Positions 37,262-47,905 of a stretch of DNA of 64,000 nucleotides are shown one piece after another. Positions within the stretch are counted from its first letter, which is position 1; every line of letters starts with the position of its first letter. The notes beneath the pieces were generated by a model, which was not told where the DNA came from, did no database searches, and saw nothing but the letters and a program-made list of their open reading frames with translations. Source of the DNA: PVC group bacterium (GTDB lineage Bacteria; Omnitrophota; Gorgyraeia; B26-G9); NCBI GenBank assembly GCA_024231215.1, contig JAAEQR010000034.1, forward strand, positions 12,668 through 76,667, in the 5' to 3' direction. The position numbers were made by a program, and so were the translations under genes.

Positions 37262-38300
37262 GTGTGGAATATGTGGTCATGAATTAAACAAAGACGTTCT
37301 GGTTCTGGAGAATATCCCGGAAAAAACATTCTGTTTCTCAGACAAAACTGTTACTTTAAACATCGCGAAGTGTGGTCACTGCGGAGTAGTGCAGTTATTT
37401 GACGTTCCATTAAACGATGATTTCAGGGATGTCCATCGAAGTATAGAATCAATGCCCGGCCACCGGATGAAAAAGAAGAAAGACTTGGACGATTTTATAG
37501 AAGAGTTTGGTTTGTGGAGCAAAAGGTTTTTCGAAATGGGTTGTGGCAATGGACAGTATTTGGATATTCTCAGGGAAATAGGTGTTGAGTGCGACGGGTA
37601 TGAAGCCAATGAAGACAACATAGATGAATGTATAGACAAAGAGTATTGTGTTTCCGACGGTGTTGCTTTTAAAGAGGAAATTTTTAATAAATATGATGTT
37701 ATTTTTTCTTTTTATTTTTTAGAGCATATGCCTGATCCGGTGGATGTCTTAACAAATGTTTATGACAAGCTTAACCCCGGAGGGATGATTTACATAGAAG
37801 TCCCGAACTATAAGTACATAGAAAAAGATGGGCTCTGGCTTGAGTTCACAAGAGACCACAGGTTTTATTATGACCTTTCTTCTATGAGATTTTTATTATC
37901 AAAAACTGGCTTCAAATTGCTTAAGATAACTCCGGGAGACTTGACTTTAAAAGTGATAGCGAAGAAACCGGACGACTTCGAGAATGTCCGGGAAAGCATG
38001 GAAAAAGACATAGTCGATTTTGATATATTAACTAACAAGATAGGAAATTATGTTATAGTTGGCGCAGGACATTATACTCAAACACTGTTAAACAAGACTG
38101 CTAATAAGCCTGTACAAATATATGATTCCGTTCCCGACAAGATAGGGAAAATTCTTTGTGGAGTGAAAATTTTACCCCAGGGAGAGATTCGGGATTGTGA
38201 ATTTAATAATATTATTATAAGTTGCGGGGCGTACAATCAAGAAGCGGAGAAAAATATTGAAAGACTTACGGAAGGAAAGAATATAATTATCTGGGGGTAG
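37254..38300 (+). CDS. Class I SAM methyltransferase, sugar C-methyltransferase-like
   Basis: N-terminal CxxC..CxxC, EMGCGNG, LEHMPDP, C-terminal GAG domain. Confidence 0.8.
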   Translation: MGECGICGHELNKDVLVLENIPEKTFCFSDKTVTLNIAKCGHCGVVQLFDVPLNDDFRDVHRSIESMPGHRMKKKKDLDDFIEEFGLWSKRFFEMGCGNGQYLDILREIGVECDGYEANEDNIDECIDKEYCVSDGVAFKEEIFNKYDVIFSFYFLEHMPDPVDVLTNVYDKLNPGGMIYIEVPNYKYIEKDGLWLEFTRDHRFYYDLSSMRFLLSKTGFKLLKITPGDLTLKVIAKKPDDFENVRESMEKDIVDFDILTNKIGNYVIVGAGHYTQTLLNKTANKPVQIYDSVPDKIGKILCGVKILPQGEIRDCEFNNIIISCGAYNQEAEKNIERLTEGKNIIIWG

Positions 38301-38301
38301 C

Positions 38302-39402
38302 ATGTCGTATACACAGAGAGAAGAACAAGTAAGAGAGTCTATTGAAGTTCGCAAACCTGTCGCATGGGCTAAGATTCAGCAAACTGACCAGAGAGTAAAA
38401 GAAGGAAAAAGCATCGCCCTTTTACAACTGCAATACAGATATGTCTGTAATGAAGTTTGCAAACACTGTGCTATAGAACGGTTTAAAGTTAACTTGGAAG
38501 GTAGAAAATTAACTCCTGCCGATGTGAAAGATATTGCAGATCAGGCTCATGAGTATGGGCTATTTTCTATCTGCATTTCGGGAGGTGAACCGTTAATCTT
38601 TCATGATCTGGAACAGGTAATAGACGCTATCGGCCCAGAAAGATTCATATTATCAATGGACACTAATGGGTTGGCTTTATCTCAACATGAGATAAAATGG
38701 CTGGTAACGAAAGGGGTTGACCGTATTCACCTGAGTATTGATGGGTTACAGGAAAATCACGACGAGTTTAGACACGAAGAAGGAGCATGGCAGCATAATA
38801 TAGACATGCTTCCATATTGTAAACAGTATGGGCTTGGAGTTGTTGTGAACATAGTTGCCACTAAAGATTTGGTAAGAAGCAGAGAAATAGAAGAACAACT
38901 TGAGTTTATACAGAAGTTTGGTTTTCATGCTTCTTTGATTTATGCGAAACCAGTTGGTAATTTTGAAGAGGCTGGAGACCAGGTTTTAAACAAAAAAGAT
39001 TTTGCATATCTTGAAACTTTAACGAAAAAGTATAACTGTTCAACTCACCTTACTCCCGCTTACGGCAGAGATGTTGGCTGTCTGTGTTTCAAGCGCCACT
39101 TTTCAATACTGCCAAACGGGAAAGTCCTTCCCTGTCCATGGCTCCCGATTTCTATGGGGAACGTACTGGAAGAAAAACTGGAAACAATTATAACAGGGTC
39201 GTTGATGAATCCATGGTTTAGCTGGAAGCATAAACACACTTGTCATTCGGGAAATCAGGATTCTTATTTTTATAAAAATGTTGTTTCTCAGTTAGATGAA
39301 CTCCACGATCTCTTTGGATATCCGGTTGACTGGAAATTGTTGAATTGGCATTTTGAATACTTCAGGAAGAGTTCCACTAAAATTACTGAGAAGGGGAGCT
39401 AA
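38302..39402 (+). CDS. Radical SAM enzyme with SPASM/twitch-like C-terminus
   Basis: CNEVCKHC, SGGEP, TNG, C...GKVLPCP. Confidence 0.9.
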   Translation: MSYTQREEQVRESIEVRKPVAWAKIQQTDQRVKEGKSIALLQLQYRYVCNEVCKHCAIERFKVNLEGRKLTPADVKDIADQAHEYGLFSICISGGEPLIFHDLEQVIDAIGPERFILSMDTNGLALSQHEIKWLVTKGVDRIHLSIDGLQENHDEFRHEEGAWQHNIDMLPYCKQYGLGVVVNIVATKDLVRSREIEEQLEFIQKFGFHASLIYAKPVGNFEEAGDQVLNKKDFAYLETLTKKYNCSTHLTPAYGRDVGCLCFKRHFSILPNGKVLPCPWLPISMGNVLEEKLETIITGSLMNPWFSWKHKHTCHSGNQDSYFYKNVVSQLDELHDLFGYPVDWKLLNWHFEYFRKSSTKITEKGS

Positions 39403-40371
39403 ATGGAGATTGGTGAAAGAGATATTGTAGAGGAAGATATAAAAAAAGTATTATCTGAAAATCTGCCATGGAACAGGCTGAGAAATAAAACGATAGCGGT
39501 TTCCGGTTCAAGAGGTTTTATTGCTTCGTGGATAGTTAAATTATTAGAATCAATACAGGAAGAATATAATATTACAATCTGGCATATCAATAAACCTGAA
39601 TATGATATTAACAGGTCTCTGTTCAGTATTGGTGTCCCCAAGAGAGTAGATTATATTTTTCATGCAGCCAGTTATGCGTCACCTCTAAAGTTCAAAGAAA
39701 ATCCTGTAGATGTGATCTTGCCGAATACGATTGGTACTCATAACCTGTTGAAATTGGCAGATGCGAAAGAGGCTGAGTTTGTATACTTCAGCACATCGGG
39801 GGTTTACGGGTGGCATGATTTTGATGACTACCCTTTGTCCGAAAAACAATTCGGCAGACTTGATTGTTCTGAAGTAAAGAACTGTTATCTTGAATCAAAA
39901 AGACTGGGGGAACAGTTGTGTGTTTCTCACAGTTATCAGTATGATATAGAAATCAAGATTCTCCGGCTGGGGATATGCTATGGCCCGGGGTTAAGCCTGG
40001 ATGATGGTCGCGTGATGAATACTTTTATAAAGAAAATACTTGATAAAAAAGAACTACCTGTATACAATGAGCATGTCTATCGGAGTTTTATGTATATAAC
40101 GGATGTTCTTAGCGCAATTTTTACAATTTTATTCCACGGGGAAAATAGCCCATATAATGTATCAGCAGACAAAGAAATTTCCATCCTTCAATTAGCCCAA
40201 TTGTTTTCTTCCATGTACCCGAACTCAAAATTGAGTTACCTAAAACGGACAGACAGGTTGAGTGTTGACTTCAACAGGACATGGATGAATACAGGAAAAT
40301 TGAAAAATCTCGGCTGGGAACAAAGAGTCAGCTTAGAAGATGGTATAGAAAGAACAGTGGAGAGTTACTAG
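39403..40371 (+). CDS. NAD-dependent epimerase/dehydratase/reductase (SDR)
   Basis: SGSRGFIA, HAASYASP, STSGVYG, YLESK. Confidence 0.9.
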   Translation: MEIGERDIVEEDIKKVLSENLPWNRLRNKTIAVSGSRGFIASWIVKLLESIQEEYNITIWHINKPEYDINRSLFSIGVPKRVDYIFHAASYASPLKFKENPVDVILPNTIGTHNLLKLADAKEAEFVYFSTSGVYGWHDFDDYPLSEKQFGRLDCSEVKNCYLESKRLGEQLCVSHSYQYDIEIKILRLGICYGPGLSLDDGRVMNTFIKKILDKKELPVYNEHVYRSFMYITDVLSAIFTILFHGENSPYNVSADKEISILQLAQLFSSMYPNSKLSYLKRTDRLSVDFNRTWMNTGKLKNLGWEQRVSLEDGIERTVESY

Positions 40372-41561
40372 TGAGAAAAATATATTACAATGAAGCGATA
40401 ATTGATGAAAACGAAATAAATTCTATATGCCAGTTTATAACAGGGAAAGCCAACAGGCTTGCATATGGAGAAGAAGTTTTAGTGACAGAAAAGAAGTTAG
40501 CTGATTTTTTAAAAGTCAAACATTGTCTTCTGACTAATTCGGGGTCTTCCGCAAACTTGTTGGCTTTTATGGCATTGACATCCCCTGAATTAAAAGAGAG
40601 AAGGATAGAGCGAGATGACGAGATAATAACCACTGCGTTAGGTTTCCCTACAACTATTTCTCCTATCGTGAATTATGGAGCCGTCCCGGTCTTTGTGGAT
40701 GTTGATCTATGGACTATGAATATAAACATAGAAAGAATGAAAGAAGCTTTATCTCCGAAAACAAAAGCTGTAGTGGTGGCGCATACTCTCGGGAATCCTG
40801 CCAATATAGATGCTATAATGGGCTTCTGTGAAGAAAACGGGTTATACTTTATTGAGGACAACTGTGATTCTTTAGGCAGTAAATATAACAATAAACTTAC
40901 AGGCACTTTCGGTGATATTGGAACTTCTTCTTTTTACCCTGCACATGCGATAACAATGGGCGAAGGTGGAGCGGTATACACAAATAATACAGAACTGCAT
41001 AACATAATGCGCTCTATGAGAGACTGGGGAAGAGATTATAAATGTTCGGAATGTACCTGGGACTGCAAGAAAAGATTTGATTCCGGGTATGATTGCAGAT
41101 ATACATATTCTCATTTTGGATATAATTTAAAAGTAACTGAAATGCAAGCTTTAATTTTAAACAAACAAATAGATAAGCTTCCCATGATAATTGAAAAAAG
41201 GAAACTTAACTGGAAGAAATTACGAGTTAAGCTGGATGGTTTAGGTTTTCCTTTTCAAAGCCCTACTCCCAATTCTGATCCATTGTGGTTCTCTTTTGTT
41301 TTAATAGCAAAAGAACATGACAGGGACGACTTAACAGAATATTTAGAAAGAAACGGAATAGGGACGAGAGTTATTTTCGGCGGGAATCTTACAAAACAAA
41401 AATGTTTCAAAACGCTTTCTCCGCTCTACAGGGTGGTGGGGGATCTCAAAAATTCTGACTATATAATGGAGAATGCGTTTTTTATCGGGTGCCATCCTGG
41501 AATGACAGATGAAGACATGGATTACATTGTGGAGGCAATAGAGAGGTATGTTCAAAGATGA
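40371..41561 (+). CDS. RfbH/DdhC-like NDP-4-keto-6-deoxyhexose 3-dehydrase (PMP-dependent)
   Basis: NSGSSANL, EDNCDSLG, SFYPAH (His in place of the DegT Lys) ITMGEGG, GRD..C..C...C; GTG start at 40371. Confidence 0.85.
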   Translation: MRKIYYNEAIIDENEINSICQFITGKANRLAYGEEVLVTEKKLADFLKVKHCLLTNSGSSANLLAFMALTSPELKERRIERDDEIITTALGFPTTISPIVNYGAVPVFVDVDLWTMNINIERMKEALSPKTKAVVVAHTLGNPANIDAIMGFCEENGLYFIEDNCDSLGSKYNNKLTGTFGDIGTSSFYPAHAITMGEGGAVYTNNTELHNIMRSMRDWGRDYKCSECTWDCKKRFDSGYDCRYTYSHFGYNLKVTEMQALILNKQIDKLPMIIEKRKLNWKKLRVKLDGLGFPFQSPTPNSDPLWFSFVLIAKEHDRDDLTEYLERNGIGTRVIFGGNLTKQKCFKTLSPLYRVVGDLKNSDYIMENAFFIGCHPGMTDEDMDYIVEAIERYVQR

Positions 41562-42237
41562 CAAACTCGTAAAGGTAAAGAACACAATATTCAATGATGA
41601 AAATTTAATAAAAATAGGGGATCTGTTCTGGACAAAAGAAGACATCCCTGCGTATGAGTATTTAAAAGATAGCCATAAAAGAGAAATGGAAAGTATTCTC
41701 CCACATCTTGTGGGGAATGAAGTTGCCGTTCAAGCTGGCGGTCACTGCGGATTCGTGATCAAAGAATTAGAAGAACATTTCAAAAGGATTTACACTTTTG
41801 AACCGGATAACACAATGTTCCTGGCTCTTTGCTTGAATGTACCAAATAAAAATGTTTATAAGTTTCAAGCCTGTCTGGGGGAAAGACACAAAATGGTTGA
41901 TATGGAAATAAATCCTATCTGCCCTCATGCTGGAGCAAAGTATGTTAAGGGCAGGGGAAATATTCCAATGCTGGTTGTAGATGATCTCGCTTTAGATTGT
42001 TGTGACCTACTGATGCTCGATCTTGAAGGGAATGAGTATAAAGCCGTTCTTGGAGCATCTGAAACAATTCAGAAATTCCACCCCGTATTGTGTGTAGAAA
42101 GATACTGGGGGCCGAGAACAACTGGGCTTCCAGAGTCATTTTTTGACTCCCTCCTGGGCTACTTAAATTATGAATTAGTTGATAGAGTTGGAGAGAACAA
42201 ACAGGATTTTATCTATAAATATAAGGGGGTCAAATGA
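41548..42237 (+). CDS. FkbM-family methyltransferase
   Basis: VQAGGHCG, TFEP, LDLEGNE. Confidence 0.8.
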   Translation: MFKDDKLVKVKNTIFNDENLIKIGDLFWTKEDIPAYEYLKDSHKREMESILPHLVGNEVAVQAGGHCGFVIKELEEHFKRIYTFEPDNTMFLALCLNVPNKNVYKFQACLGERHKMVDMEINPICPHAGAKYVKGRGNIPMLVVDDLALDCCDLLMLDLEGNEYKAVLGASETIQKFHPVLCVERYWGPRTTGLPESFFDSLLGYLNYELVDRVGENKQDFIYKYKGVK

Positions 42238-43109
42238 AACCATATGTTGTCGTCACACCCGGCTACAATTCTTTTTGCGGGGGAATAAAAGTATTACATC
42301 GATTAACCCATTTTCTGAACGAGCATGGAATTCCCGCATACTCAACGGCGGGGGGGACTCCGCCGGACTGGAATGTAAGATTCTTAAAAGACCTGACGCC
42401 ATACGAAATGAAAGAAATACAACAAACTGGTATAGCTGTTTATCCGGATGTTGTATGGGGGAACCCTCTTAAATTCAATAACTGTGTCCAGTATGATTTA
42501 CAGCAAATGAGACCGATCCAGTCTAATATGCTTGGTGTCTCGCTGGAGAATTGTTTCGGTTCTAAAGTAAAACCAGATTTGACTATGATGGTAATATACA
42601 TGGAAGACCTGTTTAAGCTTCCGGAGAAAGAAGAAAGAAGAGGAACCTGTTATTATAAAGGGAAAGGAAAAACAGAATGTTCTGATCCGGACTGGTTAAA
42701 TATTGTCAACATAAGCAGAGAAGATCTGGCCAGATTATATCAAACTTCTGAATTATTAGTCTGCGCGGATAATATGACACAGACTACGGTTGAAGCGAGA
42801 TTATGCGGATGCCCTGTAAGGATGATAGAACCCGGTATGTTGTCATGGGAGAATTATCGTAATGATAACTGGGGAATGAACGGGATAATAATAAATGATG
42901 ATAAAACTATTGAACAGGCGGTTTTAGAACTGCCAGCTTTTAAACAGGATTATGATGAAAGGATGAAAAAGAACAGGGAAGAGTTCCTCCAGTTTGTTGA
43001 GGTTACACAAAACAGGCAAGTGGATTATATTCCACTGGAGTTGGCTTTTCATCCAGGGGTATTTGGGATTAGCCCGGAAATAATGAAAATTTTTGGAGAG
43101 AGGGGATAA
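42234..43109 (+). CDS. Putative glycosyltransferase
   Basis: GGIKVLHRLTHFL, YPD, YKGKG, EARLCGCPV. Confidence 0.7.
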   Translation: MKPYVVVTPGYNSFCGGIKVLHRLTHFLNEHGIPAYSTAGGTPPDWNVRFLKDLTPYEMKEIQQTGIAVYPDVVWGNPLKFNNCVQYDLQQMRPIQSNMLGVSLENCFGSKVKPDLTMMVIYMEDLFKLPEKEERRGTCYYKGKGKTECSDPDWLNIVNISREDLARLYQTSELLVCADNMTQTTVEARLCGCPVRMIEPGMLSWENYRNDNWGMNGIIINDDKTIEQAVLELPAFKQDYDERMKKNREEFLQFVEVTQNRQVDYIPLELAFHPGVFGISPEIMKIFGERG

Positions 43110-43818
43110 TATGAGTTACCTTGAACTTAGGGGAAAAGTAGAACAGAACAAACAGCCGATCTGCCATGACTCAGTGTTCATTGCTATTTACACCAATAAG
43201 TGTAAAGAATATTGTGATCAAAGATTTTTCAGTAACCTTTTCAGTTCTAATCTCAATCATGCTTCAGTTAATGTTGTTGATAATTCATCTGATATAGAAT
43301 ACACAAAGAAGTTAGAGAAAATTTGCGAGGACAAAGCCAATGTGTATAGGATTGATATAGATGAGAAAAGGAAAGATGTCCGTTTTCTCCGGAATGTTAC
43401 TGAAAGTGTTTTATTATTGAGAGAAAAATTTTTAGAGGGGAATTGGAAATATTTTATTATACTTGAATCCGATGTTCTGCCGAAAGACAATGAATGGTTG
43501 ACTTCTTTTATGGAGGTGACGGATGAAGCCGATATAATCGGCGGGCTTTATTATATGGGGTTTCATGATCCCGGACTATGGCAGGGGGAAATAAGAGTTG
43601 TCCCGACGCACCATGTTCTCTCCGGTTGTACTTTATATAAAAGAGAAGTGATCGAAAAATATCCTTTTCGGTGGAGCGAAGAGAATCTAGGGGCTTTCCC
43701 GGATGCGTACATTTGTTTTGACGCGGGGAATGAATACAGGTTAGCTAATTACACCAAAATCGTGTGTGATCATTTAGAAAAATCTCAGGGGGATAGGGGA
43801 CATGGAAGAATCTCTTAA
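43110..43818 (+). CDS. GT-A (GT2-like) glycosyltransferase
   Basis: VVDNS, LESDV, GCTL..REVI, FPD, CDH; likely start MSYLE at 43110. Confidence 0.7.
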
Positions 43819-44245
43819 TAAAAAAGAAAAGTTTTTTGAGTCTGAAACAAAAAGGTTTATAGAGTATTTCGGCTTAAAAAACTGGGAAATAGAAATTTGC
43901 CGAACGGAGTCCGATGATTCTCGGGCTTCCTGTATTGCGAGAGAATCATTTGACGGTTCTTTGTCTGACAGGCTGGCTTTAATTCAATATGATAAGGAAT
44001 GGATAAATAGCGAAATTCCTTATGAAGAAATATCAAGGTCTGCATTCCACGAAGTTATGGAAATCCTTTTAATGGTTTTGCGGAATTATAATAAATATCG
44101 GGACAAGCATCTTTCATACGGAACCATAGATTCAGAGGTACATAATATAATAAGAACGCTTGAGAATACAATATATGAGGATTTTTTAAAACCAAAAATA
44201 AGGAAGAAAAATGGCAACAAAAAACATAGAAAGTCAAACTCGTAG
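43802..44245 (+). CDS. Hypothetical protein, zincin-like
   Basis: AFHEVMEI (HExxE variant). Confidence 0.5.
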   Translation: MEESLNKKEKFFESETKRFIEYFGLKNWEIEICRTESDDSRASCIARESFDGSLSDRLALIQYDKEWINSEIPYEEISRSAFHEVMEILLMVLRNYNKYRDKHLSYGTIDSEVHNIIRTLENTIYEDFLKPKIRKKNGNKKHRKSNS

Positions 44246-44786
44246 AGGCCCTTTTGGTGGCGCTCCCGGTCAGGGCAGACCTCCAAAAAGCAAACAGTTA
44301 AAAAACTATGACAAAGCTTTAAAAATTCTTGATGATAATATCGAGAAGGCTTTAGGGGTGTTGGTTGATGGTTTAGAAGCAACAAAAGATATTTACAATA
44401 AAAGCGGAGAAATAATTGCAGAAGATGTTCCAGATAATTATTACCGATTTAATTGTGCTTGTGTGCTAATCAAGAAGGTACTTCCTGATAAAAAGGCAAA
44501 GGAAATCACTGGCCCCGGCGGGGCGCCACTATTACCAACTACTGTTATCGACCGGAGGAAAGTTGTTATGAACATTGTCCGGAAACTTGATGAACTGGAT
44601 CTGGATGAAGTGAAGGAAATGCAGGAAAAGGGTGATTTTAAATTATTTAAAGATGCCGATTATGTGATCGAAGAAGAGGCAGAGGAAGAGAATAATAATG
44701 CTGGAAACAGAATCTCAGAAGACATCGGAAGAGCTACAGAGGGAGAAGCGGAAGAAGAGGTGGAAAGAGCGGAAGAAGAAGATTGA
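44211..44786 (+). CDS. Putative terminase small subunit
   Basis: GAPGQGRPP, KKVLPD.K..EITG..G; directly before the large subunit. Confidence 0.6.
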   Translation: MATKNIESQTRRGPFGGAPGQGRPPKSKQLKNYDKALKILDDNIEKALGVLVDGLEATKDIYNKSGEIIAEDVPDNYYRFNCACVLIKKVLPDKKAKEITGPGGAPLLPTTVIDRRKVVMNIVRKLDELDLDEVKEMQEKGDFKLFKDADYVIEEEAEEENNNAGNRISEDIGRATEGEAEEEVERAEEED

Positions 44787-46338
44787 TGCCGGGGAAGATC
44801 CGAAAGATTTAAAAACTTTTGAAAGGGCTCAAAAGGCTGTTGAACTTCTTCGGATGGATTTCGCAGCAGGGAAAGAAATCCTGGAGGAGTATGAAAGAGA
44901 AGCTTTAACAGCTGTTGTTGTTAAAAAGTGTACAGATGATTTTTATTACTTCTGTAAGTATATATTGGGGAATGATTTGATGATGAGGGAGCCTCATCGT
45001 AGATGGTGTGATGATCATCAAAAAACTGTTTTGGCAAACACAAAACGTGTTATGAGATTAAAGCCGCGTAAGACATTTAAGACTACAATTTATGGACTTG
45101 GCTTTTTATTATGGGCTTGGGGCTGTGTCAGTCATGAAATAAGATTTTTCTATACCTCTTCCAACAAACTGCTTTTAGACGAAGTTGCGGATGGGCTGTC
45201 TCAATATATTGGTACAGAGAAAAATGAGACTTTTTATTCATATCTGTTCGGAGTAACTAAAGACCCGGAAGCCAAGAATACAAGCGATGTTATGAATGTT
45301 CAAGGGAGAGAGGGAAAAGGTTTTTCTCTTATCCTTAGAACTTCCGGGGGAAGCACAGTTGGTATTCACCCAAATGTAATCATTATAGATGACCCTGTCG
45401 GGGAAGATGACCGGAAATATGAGAGTGAACGAAAATCAAAGGAATTATGGTTTGATACACTGCAACCTCTTCTGGTTTCTTTCTATGATGTTAAGACCGG
45501 GATAGAATTTGAATCAATTTTTTACATAGGGACAAGGTGGCACTTAAGAGATTTAGTCTGGCATATACAAGAGGAATTAGTAAAGAAAAAAGGTCAGGTT
45601 TGGGATATAGAATCTGAATCAATAACGAAGGACGGTACTCCCACTGGTGAACCATCCTATCCCGATTTTATGCCAGCAGAAAAGATCAAAGAATTCCGTA
45701 TAAGTATGTCAGAAGAGTTCTTCGCAGCACAAGAACTTAACAACCCAATTGCCCAGGGGATGATTGTTTTTGATTTAGGGAAACTGCACTTTATTCGTCA
45801 GGAACAGTTTGACGCGATAAAATTGTACGGAAAAATCATCTGTGCTTTTGACCCTGCACTGGGGAAGGCCTCTGGTGATTACCCCGCAGTATGGTTCATT
45901 CATTATTACAATGATACAATCACTTTCTTTGACGCAATTGATAAAAAAATAGAAATAGCTTTACTCGTTCATCAAATCGCCTCTAAAAATAAATTATACG
46001 GGTGTCGGACTTTAGTGTATGAAGACAACAATGCAATGCTTATCGGTCAAAGTCTGGAGAAAGCGCACAAAAGAATAAACCACAAAATAGTATTAGACCC
46101 AGTTCACCATGGGAGCGGCAGCAATAAGAGAGAAAGAATTGTTTCCTGTCAGGACGTATTGTATAGTGGCGTAGCTCAGTTTATGAATGATTATGAGAAC
46201 AGATACCCGGAGGCTATGAATCAAGTAGCTTTTTACGGGGCTTATGGTCACGATGATTTTCCGGATGCAATGGAGATGGGAATCAGTTACTTAAACCAAG
46301 AACATTTTAAATTTGTCAGGCACGAAGAATGTCTTTAA
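44698..46338 (+). CDS. Terminase large subunit
   Basis: PRKTFKTT, IIIDDP, GTRW, DPA.G...GD, HDDFPDA. Confidence 0.9.
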   Translation: MLETESQKTSEELQREKRKKRWKERKKKIDAGEDPKDLKTFERAQKAVELLRMDFAAGKEILEEYEREALTAVVVKKCTDDFYYFCKYILGNDLMMREPHRRWCDDHQKTVLANTKRVMRLKPRKTFKTTIYGLGFLLWAWGCVSHEIRFFYTSSNKLLLDEVADGLSQYIGTEKNETFYSYLFGVTKDPEAKNTSDVMNVQGREGKGFSLILRTSGGSTVGIHPNVIIIDDPVGEDDRKYESERKSKELWFDTLQPLLVSFYDVKTGIEFESIFYIGTRWHLRDLVWHIQEELVKKKGQVWDIESESITKDGTPTGEPSYPDFMPAEKIKEFRISMSEEFFAAQELNNPIAQGMIVFDLGKLHFIRQEQFDAIKLYGKIICAFDPALGKASGDYPAVWFIHYYNDTITFFDAIDKKIEIALLVHQIASKNKLYGCRTLVYEDNNAMLIGQSLEKAHKRINHKIVLDPVHHGSGSNKRERIVSCQDVLYSGVAQFMNDYENRYPEAMNQVAFYGAYGHDDFPDAMEMGISYLNQEHFKFVRHEECL

Positions 46339-46357
46339 CCTGACAGAAAAAAGGGGG

Positions 46358-46642
46358 ATGAAGATGTCTTTTAAAACAAGAGAAGAACAAAAATGTTTCG
46401 GAGAGAGTAGGTCTAAGGCAGCCAAGAAAGTTACAAAGAAAAAAGAGGAACTGTCAGCTGCTCTCGTAGAGGCTTTGGGGGGCGAGGGGTTACAGTCTTT
46501 AATAGATAACCAGACCTCCGCAGTTTGTACAGGATTTAGTAACAAAGATGGAGTTCCCGTAGTGGTGTTTTTTACCGGGAAATATCTGCTCATGGAGAAA
46601 GATAAAAAATATGCCCATGTAGCGGGTAGCAGGGGGTTTTAA
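46358..46642 (+). CDS. Hypothetical protein
   Basis: ORF between terminase and phosphoesterase genes. Confidence 0.5.
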   Translation: MKMSFKTREEQKCFGESRSKAAKKVTKKKEELSAALVEALGGEGLQSLIDNQTSAVCTGFSNKDGVPVVVFFTGKYLLMEKDKKYAHVAGSRGF

Positions 46643-47905
46643 ATGCCCTATTCAAATGAGAGACTGCAAGAGATCTATAACTATTCTCGGGAGCATGGAG
46701 AGAATGAAACATGTGCTTTCTTTAAGATAAAACACGAAACCCTTTCTCGCACAATAAGAGAATACCATATCAGGTTTAAAACCAGAGAGGGACAGGATCA
46801 ATATGATTATAGTCAAAAAGAAAAGCATAATTTTCAGAAAGTAGTAAATAATGGAGCAATGGAACTTTCTTTAAAAACCCATGAGATAAAGACGATAGAT
46901 GAATTGCTTGCCTACGCGGAAATCGACACTGATCTGTGGGAAGTCTGGAAGAGTACAACAAACGTGTGGGGTTCTTCTGTTAACCCAAACTATCAGGTTA
47001 AAGCATGGCTTAAAAGAAAGACATGTGAGATAGATATTAAAAAAATCTGTTCAGAGGTTATCGAAAGGATAGGCAAATACAGTAAACCATCCAAGATCAA
47101 ACGGAAACTGGACAAAGAAGGGTTTCTATGGGAGGTTGGACTCATTGACCACCATGTAGGGCAACTCAGTTATGATAAGGAAGTCGGAGAGGACTATGAT
47201 GTAGATATAGCCATGCGAATAGCGAAAGAGGCTGTTGAATTTTTATGTGACAAGATTACTCCTTACAAAATAAACAAGGTTTTGTATATAATCGGAAACG
47301 ACTATTTGAATGTTGCATCTTCAGATAATACTACTACTGGAGGAACAACCCAGGATGAAGACGGAAGGTATCACAGGTCTTTCATGTGCGGTGTAGATAT
47401 TCATGTAGACGCCATCAACAGGCTTAAGAAGGTTGCGGATGTTCATGTTCTCCAGGTTCCCGGAAACCATTCAACGGAACGGGAATTTTATTTAGGATCT
47501 GTTCTACAAGCGTGGTACAGGGGAGATGAGAATGTTCTTATAGATAACAGCCCGATGTCAAGAAAATATTACAGGTATGGAAGTAACCTGTTGGGCTTTG
47601 CCCACGGGGACAAGAATCTAAAACTTGACAGACTGCTCGGCTTAATGCCGTTGGAGGCGAAGAAGGATTGGCCTCTGGCAAGTAACTATGAATGGCATTT
47701 GGGACATCTCCACCATGACGCGAAGATGCAGCATAATTTAAAGTCAGAGAGGGGGATAAAAATCAGAAGGCTAAACACTTTAATACCCTTAGATGCGTAT
47801 CACTATAATGCTGGCTATGTAAGAATAAGAGAAACACAGTCTTTTCTGTGGCACCCGACCTTGGGTGACATGGTTCATATCAATTACAGGATAAAGGAGA
47901 ATTAG
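46643..47905 (+). CDS. Metallophosphoesterase-like protein with N-terminal HTH
   Basis: DHHVG, GND, PGNH, AHGD, GHLHH. Confidence 0.8.
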   Translation: MPYSNERLQEIYNYSREHGENETCAFFKIKHETLSRTIREYHIRFKTREGQDQYDYSQKEKHNFQKVVNNGAMELSLKTHEIKTIDELLAYAEIDTDLWEVWKSTTNVWGSSVNPNYQVKAWLKRKTCEIDIKKICSEVIERIGKYSKPSKIKRKLDKEGFLWEVGLIDHHVGQLSYDKEVGEDYDVDIAMRIAKEAVEFLCDKITPYKINKVLYIIGNDYLNVASSDNTTTGGTTQDEDGRYHRSFMCGVDIHVDAINRLKKVADVHVLQVPGNHSTEREFYLGSVLQAWYRGDENVLIDNSPMSRKYYRYGSNLLGFAHGDKNLKLDRLLGLMPLEAKKDWPLASNYEWHLGHLHHDAKMQHNLKSERGIKIRRLNTLIPLDAYHYNAGYVRIRETQSFLWHPTLGDMVHINYRIKEN

